The notes below the pieces were generated by a model, which ran no database searches, had not been told where the DNA came from, and saw only the letters and a list, made by a program, of their open reading frames with translations. Source: Mycobacterium leprae TN (GTDB taxonomy: Bacteria > Actinomycetota > Actinomycetes > Mycobacteriales > Mycobacteriaceae). From it: 32,000 nt of DNA. The stretch is from contig NC_002677.1 in NCBI RefSeq assembly GCF_000195855.1, positions 3,000,001 to 3,032,000 of the forward strand, written 5' to 3'. Of this stretch, positions 20,436 through 30,299 are shown one piece after another (positions within the stretch are counted from its first letter, which is position 1; the number at the start of each line of letters is the position of its first letter). Position numbers and translations under genes: made by a program.

Positions 20436-22090
20436 CGGTGCTCCCCGTATGCTGTCGTCGTACGACCGGCCCTGGTATCGGGTGCCAAGCCATCGTGTTC
20501 CAGCAGTGCGTCGGCACGCGACAGCGTCGGTCCAACCGCGAACAGCGACAATATTGACCACGGAATAGGCACTGCAGGTAGTTTCAGGCCAAGAGCCTCA
20601 ACGATTTTGCCGGGGCCAGCGGTAGCTTCCGATCTTGCATCAGCCTCGGTGTCAATACCATAGCGCACCCCGGTATCGGAGACCCAGAACAATGACGCGG
20701 TGGCTGGCGCTGCCGAGCCAACACCCACGGTTTGAGCGAAGTAGCCGGTGCCGGGTGTCAGCACAACCCGACTGGCCGTCGAGCTATCTCCCCGGGAGGG
20801 GGCACTAACCAGCTCGACAGCGCGCGCAGCATCAGGCACTGGCAGCGCCGCGCCGGACATTAGACTCAGAAAGCTGGTAGCGGCCCCGGCTGGTTTGCTC
20901 CAATATGCGCAGCTGACCGGGGCATAGCCAGCGTCGATGAGACTGATCTGCTGTTCAGGATAACGCTCGGTGTCCAGCATCCGCGACACCGGCAACTTGT
21001 CGACCTCGTCGGCACCAAGCCGCGGCGGCTGCTGCAGCCCATAAGAATTGATGTTGCGCAGGATCGCGGCAAGCACCGGCGAGATAGGCTGCAGACCGTC
21101 CGGCAACACCGCGTAATACCGCACCGAGTCGTATGGGTTCTTGCCCAGTGCCGCCAGACCAAAGGACACCACCACCGCCCCGATAGGAGCGCGCACTCCG
21201 AAGCTTGGTGTGGCACCAGCATTCGGAATGACGGGCGCCTTCAGCGGCGGCGCTTCGGGGATCGCGTTGAACAACCCTGCCCCGATAGGCCTGGGCGCAG
21301 GCACCTCAGCAAAACCGACACCAAACCCCAGCGCGTCGGTCACTGCGTGGTCAGCCAAGTCGATTTCGCTGCGCTTGCCGTCCCACAGCAGCCAGGTGCT
21401 GCCTCCCCGCTCAGACGGAGCATCAACCAAGACACCATGCGCGGACCCCAGCACGGCGGCCCGCATGCCGTGACTGTCCGGCGGACCGGCGATCACTGTG
21501 ACACCCATGCTGTGAGCAGCGTGCCCGCCTTCCCCACTGACGACGTCACACACCGTCCAGTTCGCGTCATGGGTTGTGTTTTGCACCATCCTCTCCGGTG
21601 CTCCTGGAATACCGATCAGATTGCCGCGCGGAAACCGGTCCAGCTCGCTGCTTTTCACTGTGATGGGGTTGACCGACCGGCCGACGATCAGCCTAGCCGA
21701 GGTCAGGTTGAGCACCGGGTGGAGCTCATCGCCCACCCGTACATACAGTGCGGCGGTAGACCGATCGGCAAGCACCGCGTTGTTACCTGCTGCACCATTG
21801 GGCCGGATGAATGAGAACACAAAGCAACCTATCAGCCCAGTAATCACCAGTAGTGCGCCCACCAGCACCGAACGTGACTGGGTGCGCAACGGGTCGACAA
21901 GCATTCGGGTGTCGTGCAAAGCGATACCGGAGGCGATCCGGCGCATAACGAACCGCCAGCCTGTCACTTGGTGACGGGTGACAAATCCGCGGCGGTAGAC
22001 CACCTTGTCAGGATTGTCGTTGACCGGCGTTCGCGAGAAGAACGAACGCCTTTCCCCTGACCACTCGCCGGGCAGCTCATTACTAGTCAT
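20432..22090 (-). CDS. eccB3: ESX-3 membrane component EccB3
   Basis: 552 codons. The conserved N-terminus is [52 protein letters not shown] single TM helix ([21 protein letters not shown]) is followed by a large extracytoplasmic domain. The start overlaps the eccA3 stop by 8 nt. Confidence 0.95.
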   Translation of the reverse strand: MTSNELPGEWSGERRSFFSRTPVNDNPDKVVYRRGFVTRHQVTGWRFVMRRIASGIALHDTRMLVDPLRTQSRSVLVGALLVITGLIGCFVFSFIRPNGAAGNNAVLADRSTAALYVRVGDELHPVLNLTSARLIVGRSVNPITVKSSELDRFPRGNLIGIPGAPERMVQNTTHDANWTVCDVVSGEGGHAAHSMGVTVIAGPPDSHGMRAAVLGSAHGVLVDAPSERGGSTWLLWDGKRSEIDLADHAVTDALGFGVGFAEVPAPRPIGAGLFNAIPEAPPLKAPVIPNAGATPSFGVRAPIGAVVVSFGLAALGKNPYDSVRYYAVLPDGLQPISPVLAAILRNINSYGLQQPPRLGADEVDKLPVSRMLDTERYPEQQISLIDAGYAPVSCAYWSKPAGAATSFLSLMSGAALPVPDAARAVELVSAPSRGDSSTASRVVLTPGTGYFAQTVGVGSAAPATASLFWVSDTGVRYGIDTEADARSEATAGPGKIVEALGLKLPAVPIPWSILSLFAVGPTLSRADALLEHDGLAPDTRAGRTTTAYGEHR

Positions 22091-24005
22091 GCGGTACCAT
22101 AAGTCCGAGACCGCGCAGCAACGGCTCTACCGATCTCCGTACATCCTCGGACGTTACGGTCATGAGTTCCTCGTCACTTAACTCACCAGTACCGACATTG
22201 TTCGAATGGTCCAACCGGAATTCACGTTCTTCTTCTGAACGTTCAACGATGTTGCGGACAAACCGCCCGTTGCCCGCGATGTCGAGGCTGCGCCGAGAGA
22301 TTCCATTGGAGTCAGGGGTAGACGATGTCGCCAAATTAGCGAACAGAACCTCCAACTCGTCGAGCGCAGCCTGCTCGAAGACGCTGTCTCGCTGTTCGGC
22401 CATCTTGTGCGCGATCTCGACCAACTCATGCGATGCGTATGAAGGAAAATCGATATTACGGGTGAACCGCGACCGCAAGCCTTCGTTAGTGTCCAGGAAC
22501 TTATCCAGATCGGCGCGGTAGCCGGCGATGATCACGACTAGCCGGTCACGATCGTTCTCCATCCGTGCCAGCAAAGTGTCGATGGCCACCAAACCGAAGT
22601 CGTTTTTAGCGCCCGTAGCCACTAGGGCGTAGGCTTCGTCAAGAAACAACACTCCGTCTAGTGCACTGTCGATGACCGCGTTGGTTTTGGCCTCGGTCTC
22701 ACCGATGTGCTGGCCGATAAGGTCGGCGCGATGCACTTCTCGGATATTCTCTTTCTTCAAAAGGCCTAGGCCACAATAAACTTTGGCGACCACACGGGCG
22801 ATTGTGGTCTTGCCTGTCCCAGGTGGGCCAGCAAAGACGAGGTGGTGGGCACGTTGCGCTACCATGAGCCCACGCTGCTTACGCACTAGCTCCATAGCCA
22901 CCGAACTCTTCAGCCGTGACACCTGGTTTTTGACCTCATCCAGGCCGATGAATTCGGCGAGCTGGCGCTCGGCCTCATGAAGCAGCACGGCTTTGCGTTC
23001 GTGGGCTGCGGGGTCGATGAAATCTTCCACACCAGGTTCGGTCTCGGGATCCCATGGATCGGTGCGAGCATCGATCCGGGCCGCGGTAGTGGTAACGATC
23101 CCAAAACTAGTGTCGGACAGGGCCTGCTCAATTTGCTCGTTGTCCGGATGTGCCGCGTACAAATCTTGCAGAACTTCGCTGGCCGACTCCTCGTCCGTGT
23201 GCGCACGTAGCACCAGCGCTTTGGCTAACGCGCCATCGACAGCCGCCACCGCGACCGGGCCCGCTGGCTCCTCCAGATACGACAATGCCGGGGCGAACAT
23301 ACCCAGCCGGGCCAGCGCGGTACCCAATGCAATCTTGGCGGCGTGCGTGTAAGCCTCGTCGATATCAGGGTCATTCACGATCGGAGTCAACAGCTTGACG
23401 ACATCCGACCAGCGCCCGGCGCGGTAGTGGATGACGGCAGCGACCCAACGGGCATCCCGCCAACCTGGCCGGCGGTCGATGATACCGGTGACTATCTGAT
23501 CGGCCTCGGCATAGGGTCCGGGCCCCCCGGTTGACGCTAGTGACGCCGCATAGGCGAGATGGAAATCATCCGGACCGATGGCTCGAAACTGCAGGTACAG
23601 TCCGGTGTCGTAGTGAAAGCCCAACGCGGCGGGGGCCAGTTCCACCTGACGTTGCAGCATGCCCGCGGTGTCAGCGGTACACGAAATCGCTGCCAGTACA
23701 GGGGTGGACACGTCACCAGCAGCGGCTAACCCGATCCAGACATCACACTGATCATGCGCGATGCGGGCAAGTGCGGTGAAACCCGACCGAGCGGCGGCCA
23801 GGTCGGCCGGACGTTGACGGTCGTAGACCGCAAGGCCGAGGGCGCGACAACAGGTAGCGAATCGGCTAACAACGTCGCCATCAACCTTAACGTGCGCCCG
23901 AGCAATGACAGACTGCCCGCCAAGCTTGCCGGCGTCACCGCGGTTCACGGCCGCTTTGCCTCCCGTACCTAGTATCGCCCAACCTGACCTGCCTGAAATT
24001 AGCAT
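22083..24005 (-). CDS. eccA3: ESX-3 cytosolic AAA+ ATPase EccA3
   Basis: 640-codon ORF with an N-terminal TPR-like region and a C-terminal CbxX-type AAA module (Walker A GPPGTGKTT, Walker B VLFLDEAY). The start is uncertain. There is no obvious SD before ATG 24005. An alternative GTG at 23948 is preceded by GGGAGG. Confidence 0.93.
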   Translation of the reverse strand: MLISGRSGWAILGTGGKAAVNRGDAGKLGGQSVIARAHVKVDGDVVSRFATCCRALGLAVYDRQRPADLAAARSGFTALARIAHDQCDVWIGLAAAGDVSTPVLAAISCTADTAGMLQRQVELAPAALGFHYDTGLYLQFRAIGPDDFHLAYAASLASTGGPGPYAEADQIVTGIIDRRPGWRDARWVAAVIHYRAGRWSDVVKLLTPIVNDPDIDEAYTHAAKIALGTALARLGMFAPALSYLEEPAGPVAVAAVDGALAKALVLRAHTDEESASEVLQDLYAAHPDNEQIEQALSDTSFGIVTTTAARIDARTDPWDPETEPGVEDFIDPAAHERKAVLLHEAERQLAEFIGLDEVKNQVSRLKSSVAMELVRKQRGLMVAQRAHHLVFAGPPGTGKTTIARVVAKVYCGLGLLKKENIREVHRADLIGQHIGETEAKTNAVIDSALDGVLFLDEAYALVATGAKNDFGLVAIDTLLARMENDRDRLVVIIAGYRADLDKFLDTNEGLRSRFTRNIDFPSYASHELVEIAHKMAEQRDSVFEQAALDELEVLFANLATSSTPDSNGISRRSLDIAGNGRFVRNIVERSEEEREFRLDHSNNVGTGELSDEELMTVTSEDVRRSVEPLLRGLGLMVPHD

Positions 24006-24133
24006 TGCGTAAGCTAACCGTCGAGCTTTTCAGACCCGCTCGCTTCACGACTCAACTCCGATTTCCGTGGCACTGACCAGGGTTTATTCATTATCGCGTG
24101 GCTATCTTCCACAGCGCCGACGCCACCCAGTGC

Positions 24134-24162
24134 ACCTTACTGAATACGATTATCATATTCAA
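24134..24162 (-). promoter_or_regulatory. Candidate ESX-3 operon promoter with an overlapping Zur/Fur-family operator
   Basis: The operon strand reads TTGAAT (24162-24157), a 17-nt spacer atgataatcgtattcag, then TAAGGT (24139-24134, fits TANNNT). The spacer region contains tgaatacgattatca (24141-24155). That matches the actinobacterial Zur consensus TGAAAATGATTTTCA (recalled) at 12/15 positions. A 19-mer here (24142-24160, operon strand) matches the classical Fur box GATAATGATAATCATTATC at 14/19. The site is about 130-155 nt upstream of the eccA3 ATG. Confidence 0.3.
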
Positions 24163-24199
24163 AAACTTCCCGGTTGGCGTCTTGGGCCTCCTTGCCAAG

Positions 24200-25445
24200 C
24201 TGCCGTTGTTCAGCCTGCCATGTGCAGGGCGCCATCGCGGTACCGGCCGGCAGGCCTCCGAATCCATCCACCAGCCAGCGTGGCCAGTATCGTCGCCACC
24301 TGGTCATCATCACGAGGCATGGTGCTGACAAAACCCATGAGGTGCACCACCGCTGAACCCAAAGCGATCGCCGAGGCGGCCGATCCGCCCCTGCAAGCGA
24401 GCGGGAAACACAGCGCTGTTAGTGCACCCCAGGCTGGCTCAACCTGGGTATCTATCGCCAGGGTGCACCGCCATAGCCACACAGCCCGTAAACAGGGCGA
24501 CAGCCGCGGCTGGGGCACCGCTCAGCACCGCAGAACTAGTAGCCACCGGAAGACCATACAGTACAGCCACCGCCGGGACCAGGATAGCTGAACCCCAGCG
24601 AGTCCAGTTACCCCAGTAGCTCCCCCCAAATAATTGGACGTTAGCAATCGCCACATCAAGTGCAAGTATCTGCATTTCGTGGATAAACGCCTAAATAAGC
24701 TTCGTCCACTACGAAACCCCAGTATATCAGACTGTAACTGCGCTGTCGCACCGGAGGAATCCTGCGGAAATTCCAGTACATCTCTCCACAAGGTTTCAGG
24801 AACCTCCAGGAATCGATTCCTCTACCGACTCAGCTCATATGATGTTGACGATGTCATCGTCAACGATGTCTTGACCATCACTGTAACGACTGCTGTCGGA
24901 GCTGACCGAATTTTCGATTTGCGGCGCCGGATAAGTCTGTGGGCGCTAATGCCACCACCACGCTAAAGGCCGTCTGATGGTTAGATGACCATCGTGGCAG
25001 TCGCCTGGATCTACATCCTCATGTAGTCATCCTGATTAGAGTGATTAAGTATGGTGTCAAGCCCAAAGAAATTCGTAGCCGGCAATACCGCATGAATCGC
25101 ATAATTGGCAGCCACCTCCATCAAGATCGGCACTGCCACCAGCACCATTAGGCAACGGCCTTCATACAATACCACCATCCCTGCTCTGTTGATGCTAGCC
25201 CGCGTCAGCCATGCCACTTACAGGCCATGTACAACAGCCGCATATTGCTCGGCGATTGAAACCTTCCCGCCGACACAGCCACGCCAACGCCACGATCACA
25301 ATTGAGCTAGTCTGCCGCCGAAGTAAATGCAGAACTCAGCGAACGCCAACAGCCGAGGTGCTGATTCGGAACAGCTACTCAAACAGCTACTCAATAGGGT
25401 TCAATGGATCTACGCTGGCATAGCCAGCGACACCGGAACGGTCAT
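24200..25445 (-). pseudogene. PPE family pseudogene (PPE3/Rv0280-like by position)
   Basis: The N-terminal remnant reads *IH*TLLSSC[LSSC]SESAPRLLA (compare EVHSALLSSGPGPG..LAAA). It is followed by WRSLSSAFTSAAD, then MAWLTRASINRAG...LMEVAANYAIHAVLPATNFFGLDTILNHSNQDDYMRM (25011-25217), then hydrophobic PPE-middle-like remnants (24210-24675). There are many stops and frameshifts. The 3' limit is approximate. Confidence 0.6.
25371..25394. repeat. Perfect 12-bp tandem duplication (acagctactcaa x2)
   Basis: Read directly: 25371-25382 is identical to 25383-25394. On the minus strand it duplicates the codons for LSSC (ancestral LSSG) of the PPE N-terminus, in frame. Confidence 0.95.
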
Positions 25446-27960
25446 TATCAGCAACCACACCACCACGCAGGTAGTAGTCGGTGCTAAGCTCACAAGAATT
25501 ACCTCCTAGAGCCACGATTCTCTCGACGACTTTCACACCAGGTAACGAACCCGGCGAGCGCCTCTTGGCAGTACTGACCTCAATTTTGCGGGCGATCAGC
25601 GATCCAACTTCGGTTTCGGGTCCGGGGACCAGCTGGGCTGGCGTAACTAAGTAGGACAATGACTTACCGCAGGCAGTCCAGCCTCGTTCGCCAAACGATT
25701 TGATGGCCAGCGCACACTGCTAGTTGTAGACCAACTGAAAAAACACGCCCTGGTCGCAGCCGGCTGCCGCGGCGCGTTCTTCTTCGATTTTGGCTTCAAA
25801 TTCGTCCGAGTCGAGTGGTGCGCCATCCTCGACGGCGACATAGCTATCCAGCCCTGCAAGCGAGTCGCTGCCACAGTGACGTCGATGCTAAGTCAAATAC
25901 ACTGCCCTGCAAAACCCGTGGCCAGTTATTACGCAGATCTATCGTGATTGCATGACAGTCGGTACACGATTGGGCACCCAGTGGGCACCTCAGCACTTTA
26001 AGTCGAGGACCTGTGTAAGGTCCCACCTCGAAAATTGTCGTCCCATCAGGCCATGCCAGCCGGGAGGCACAACAAAACACCTACGTATTAGAGTCTACGA
26101 CCAGCGAGTCAGGTTTTTGCGCCCTCAATGCCGGATTGGTCAAAGCAGCTCGAAGCCGAATACCCGGCTGCAGCGTCCGTAGAACCCTCGCCGGCCGCAT
26201 CCAAACCCCAGCACCAAACGCAAGCGCGAGGAAATTCTTGGCTACGACCTAACAACGGGAGTTTGAGCCCGGTGCGATTACCATCGACACCAGCATGATC
26301 ATGACCCGTGATTCAAAATGAGCAACCCCATATCGTGCAGGTTGGGGGAGCAGCGCTGGCCGGTGCTCATAGCCCGGTCATGTCGGCACCAAAACCTGTT
26401 GCTGAATGTCTGATCCGTCCTACCAGGACGCCACAGGCCTGTGGGAAGCACGACCTCGGACCTCCTGCACAGCGCGAACATCAACTTGGTGTCAAACCTT
26501 TCACCTATGACCATACGGCCGCCGCGCAATGGCCCTTCTTGCAATACAGCAAGGTCCACCATACCACAGAATTTAACTACGTAACTTCGGGAACTATAAA
26601 GCTATGCGGCTGAGCCATTGAGTCACCAATCACTGCTAACCGTGAGTAACAACTTCGCCTAAACCGACCACGAGTTCAACGGAGTTATCGGGCGCTGAAA
26701 CACAGCAAAAGAACAGCGTAGGCAAGCGGCGACTTAATCAGGCGGATCTGCTCATCTGGCTGTTTAATAACATGCTACATGTAGCTAACTAAGCAGCCCA
26801 GCAGAAGCCCCATCCTGAGCCGCCTGTCACGATCCCATAGTAACAAGTTGCAGGGAAACTGTCGGACAAATCGCGGCATGAGCCGGTTCGCTGGGCACAA
26901 TACAGCCATCAACCGGTCGAACCGCCGTTCTTTGATGGCACCCTACGGCAACCGCCTCTAATCGAGGAATCGCTGCAGCAAAAATCCGGTCGGTAATTAG
27001 CAACGCAATGTTCTCCGATAACCGCTACCCTGGGCGTTGCAAAGCAATGTCCTTGATAGCTTATATGTGGGCCGCGGCGATCGGATACAGATTAGGTCAC
27101 AGACGGCGTAGCCAATGTACATTTTGGCCAGTGGCTCCTGCCAGTATCGACCTAAGGCCGCTCAGTCCGGTGGCCACATGTCGGACGACACCTGCAACAG
27201 GGTCGCCAACGCCATGCCCTCTCGGTTAGTGGACAGTCGGCATACTCGTCGCTTCGCTCACCGATGAAGATGCGATAGATATCGACCACGCCCTTGTTAG
27301 AAACACGCCCCCACCTACAGCTGCAGGTCGGCATCGCACGGGTTGTACTGCACCGAGCTGTGGGCTGTCAAATACACCTGCGCGGGCATGCGGTTCACCT
27401 CGCGGTGGAAGATCGCTCTCTGGGCAACGTTGCCGGCGGTGTCCACGGCGAGGTAGGTGAATATGGGTGCTAGCCCGCTTGATCGAATGCAGGTCCAAGC
27501 GTCCCCTAGAGTTCTCCACCACACCGTAGCCGACGCCGGGTAGCGAACTTAATAGCATGATCACGTTGGCCGGACCGACCAGTAGCGCCAACCCCCATAA
27601 ACCGCAGTACGTACCGAGGCCCCCATCGCTGGCCGGCGCCAGGCCAACGGCAGGAGGAGAGGAGCTGTTATTGCACTCCCTACATGCCCACCGAGTTCAG
27701 GAGAAGCCCGGTTAATAACTGCGATGGAGGGCTCTCCGGGGCGCACGTTCGTTTCCTGATAGTGTTTCCGTCTTTACGCTGGTGTCAAGAAGGAGTCAGT
27801 GACCGATCTATCCCCAGGTGACCGGAGGTGGCCAGCGTGCGGCCGTACCGCGGCGTGCAGACCGCACAGCGTGTGGCCGTACGACGTTACCGACTACTGG
27901 CCTCTGGCCTGGATCTGCTGAGGCCAACCACAAGGACTTTTCCGCGCTAACCGTACGGTA

Positions 27961-28400
27961 GTGTCTGTCACCAAGGCAGCCTGGGCGGTACGTTACTTCT
28001 ACTACTACGAAAGTCTCACTGAAACAAATACAGACTTGCCAGAGATGTTTTCCGATTGGATGGCCCGCCACCACTCAGGCCACGACGCCAGCGTACCAAC
28101 AGACTCGCGGGGGGATGGCCAACATTGTGCGAACCGACATGTGGTCGCACGAATCAGACATCTAGTGTCCATCACGCAACTGGCCAACCCAGTAACCGCG
28201 CGTAAACTGACCGAATCCAGCGCACTTTTTGCCCTGTTTTCCGGTCAGCATGTTGTCCATGCACTCAACTCACTTCGCTGCTCGACGGGCTCGCTGACCC
28301 AAACCTCTGTACCATCCTTGCCTCAGACTAATGGGGGCACCAACCATAGTGAGAACTGAGGCTCCAGCAAGCATCAGAGCGGCAGGGTGAGTCGCATGAT
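27961..28400 (+). pseudogene. Possible TetR-family regulator remnant (Rv0275c-like by position)
   Basis: There is only a weak HTH-like stretch, ARIRHLVSITQLANPVTARKLTESSALFALFSGQ, in the 132-codon ORF. The downstream frames are broken. The assignment rests mainly on position and orientation. Confidence 0.25.
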
Positions 28401-28900
28401 ACGCTGCGCACACGTGATCGTAGGATCGCCAACGTCACCTTTAACCAGCAGGGCGTGATCACCGACAACCAGACGTCATTGGGTTCGGCGATCATGAGAT
28501 CGAACCCGGCGTCGCATACCAGCAACACCCCGGAGGTAGACGCGGCAAGCAGCAGCTAGCGGTGAAGGTATCCGAGTACAGCGGTGGCCAACTAGGCCAA
28601 CAGGATGTTTGAGTACCACACAGGTAGCGGGCGAGTTATGGGCAACATGGTTTCGCGGCAGTGTCATTGCAAGACACACAATCCAAGAGATTGATGCAAT
28701 CGCACCGGTTGACCATCAAACTCAGTCGGATACGCCGCATCCGGCTGAAGGCCATCGGATCCACTGGCTCGCTCAGCGGCTGCATCAGTCGAGAAATCAG
28801 CTCGCGCTGCTGCTCGGTAAACAACGCCGTGATCCGCATATCGACCAAAAAACGATCGAGTCATCATGAGCTCTAAGCCAGCATGTCAATCCGCCAGCCA

Positions 28901-28935
28901 ACAGCCTTCTTTAGTACAGCTTTCTTTAGTACAGC
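28901..28935. repeat. 15-bp tandem repeat, about 2.3 copies (cttctttagtacagc / tttctttagtacagc)
   Basis: Read directly: 28906-28920 and 28921-28935 are identical at 14 of 15 positions. They are preceded by acagc (28901-28905), which equals the unit end. Confidence 0.9.
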
Positions 28936-29408
28936 CTATGTATCATGTATACTGAACTGCTTTGTCTAGCAATAAATAGAAGTCCGGCGTAATGCCATTG
29001 CGGGCCTGGCAGTAGAACGACCACACGTACACCCCTGGATGCACTGTCACGGAAACCTGTGTCTCGTTCTGGTTGCAGGTTAATATCGGGCCCATTGACA
29101 CGCTTTGTCCTTAAGCCGTTTCCGGTAGGCGTCCGCACTCCCCAGCAGGCACCGTGAAACGCGAGATAACTCATCGTGCTCACCACGGTGGTAATACCAC
29201 CAACACTCAGAATCGGCATCCGGCACGAGATGCCCGACACCCGGGGAGGGCGGTAGACCGACGAACTCGAAAAACCCCACGCAATTACCGATGACGACGC
29301 TGAAGAAGAAATGCTGGCCCTGACCCTCCGGGCAGATCTAGCTACTTGATCAGTAGCATGCCTAGGATGTTGCTGTAGAAGTCTACTGCGGGCCATGTCC
29401 GAACACAT
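28926..29408 (-). pseudogene. Possible glyoxalase/VOC-family remnant (Rv0274-like by position)
   Basis: FFEFVGLPPSPGVGHLVPDADSE (the 29080-29280 frame) resembles the xEFVxxxxPGxGHIAFxVxD pattern of VOC proteins. The surrounding frames are broken. The evidence is weak. Confidence 0.25.
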
Positions 29409-29649
29409 CTGCGCACGACATGCTTGATCCAGTCGAGCTAGAATTCGCTGTTGGTGCTGTACAGCTTGATCACCGTTAGCTCCCTCAATCCCCGACGGAC
29501 CCAGAAACCCAGCCCCAGCCAGGTTCCAAATCTGGACCTAGCATCAGATTCGGCTTTGCTCTAGGGACTCACTGTGCATGAAACGCAAGCACCGCGCGCG
29601 AGAAATGAGGCGCTAGGTGTCAACCTCGACGGAATCCGATTGCCAGTCC

Positions 29650-30250
29650 AGCTCGGGTACCCCGCGCATTGGGACCGGTGGACACAAACGACGATCGACG
29701 CCGCCGCCCCAACCGTCATCGCGGGCAAAAGCATCCTCGCGGCGACCATCGCTGACATCGCTGCTGAAGCGGGCCGTTCCGCGGTATCCTTTTACAGCGG
29801 TATCCTTTTACAATTGCTACGACTGCCAAAGGCAGACGATAATCCGTCGGAGGGACCTACGCTGTCCAGGTTGAAGCCAACGAATGGGCGCTTTCGGTAA
29901 CCCTGCATAGCCCTTCTCCAACCGCGGCCGTGCATGTTACGCTAATGCAATTCACGAGCATATTTGTCTTGGTCGCACTCGGCTCGTCGAGCTGACCGGT
30001 ATGTCTCCTCTGGAAATAATCAGCGACAACTTCGCCTAGTATTGACTAGGGATGTACGCTATCTCGATCTTTTTATCGCCGAGAAGGTTCAGACACGCCC
30101 AAGCTGGGGGCTACTGCCCCGACGATGAGCCCAGCTAATCGCCGTAACTATCTTGCTATGTCCAGCGCAACGGGACCCGTGTCAGCGCGGAGGCACTCGA
30201 TGACGATCAACCTGCATCAAGAGCCTCGCCAACATCTACTACCGAACCAG
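29650..30250 (+). pseudogene. TetR-family regulator pseudogene (Rv0273c-like by position)
   Basis: The HTH region reads TIDAAAPTVIAGKSILAATIADIAAEAGRSAVSFY. It is interrupted by a 16-bp tandem duplication. After the duplication the motif continues in another frame as AVSFYNCYDCQRQTIIRR (compare FYxYFxSKExLI). Further stops lie downstream. Confidence 0.45.
29781..29812. repeat. Perfect 16-bp tandem duplication (gcggtatccttttaca x2)
   Basis: Read directly: 29781-29796 is identical to 29797-29812. Confidence 0.95.
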
Positions 30251-30299
30251 CTACGGCAGCAAAAACGCAGACGGTGGGCACTGAGGCCCGATCGCCGGG

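Noticed and set aside
20436-20561. N-terminal extensions of the longest ORFs: eccC3 to 20561, espG3 to 14280, eccD3 to 13167 and PE to 16420.
   Set aside because: The extensions overlap the preceding gene or the SD spacer, and they are not part of the conserved N-termini ([40 protein letters not shown]). The internal starts give the classic ATGA or short-gap junctions.
9256-24005. Many long plus-strand ORFs lie antisense to the ESX-3 genes. Examples are 10264-10623, 12689-13198, 16846-17211, 19944-20402, 21347-21814 and 22993-23352. There are also alternative-frame minus-strand ORFs, such as 9746-10306 and 20866-21222.
   Set aside because: They are typical shadow ORFs of GC-rich coding DNA. 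They are Arg/Pro/Ala/Ser-rich low-complexity translations with no motifs. Each lies fully inside a gene whose own frame has clear homology and catalytic motifs.
24004-24022. Possible IdeR iron box overlapping the eccA3 start (attgcgTAAGCTAACCgtc).
   Set aside because: Only 11 of 19 positions match the recalled consensus TTAGGTTAGGCTAACCTAA. One half-site is essentially absent. The evidence is too weak to call without a scoring matrix or a comparison with the M. tuberculosis site.
24067-24591. A 174-codon plus-strand ORF just upstream of eccA3.
   Set aside because: It lies antisense to the PPE pseudogene remnants and has an Arg/Pro/Ser-rich composition with no motif. It is most likely a shadow ORF.
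26774-26785. A 12-bp perfect palindrome, gctacatgtagc.
   Set aside because: With 6 matched pairs, about 8 such palindromes are expected by chance in 32 kb, so it is not significant on its own.
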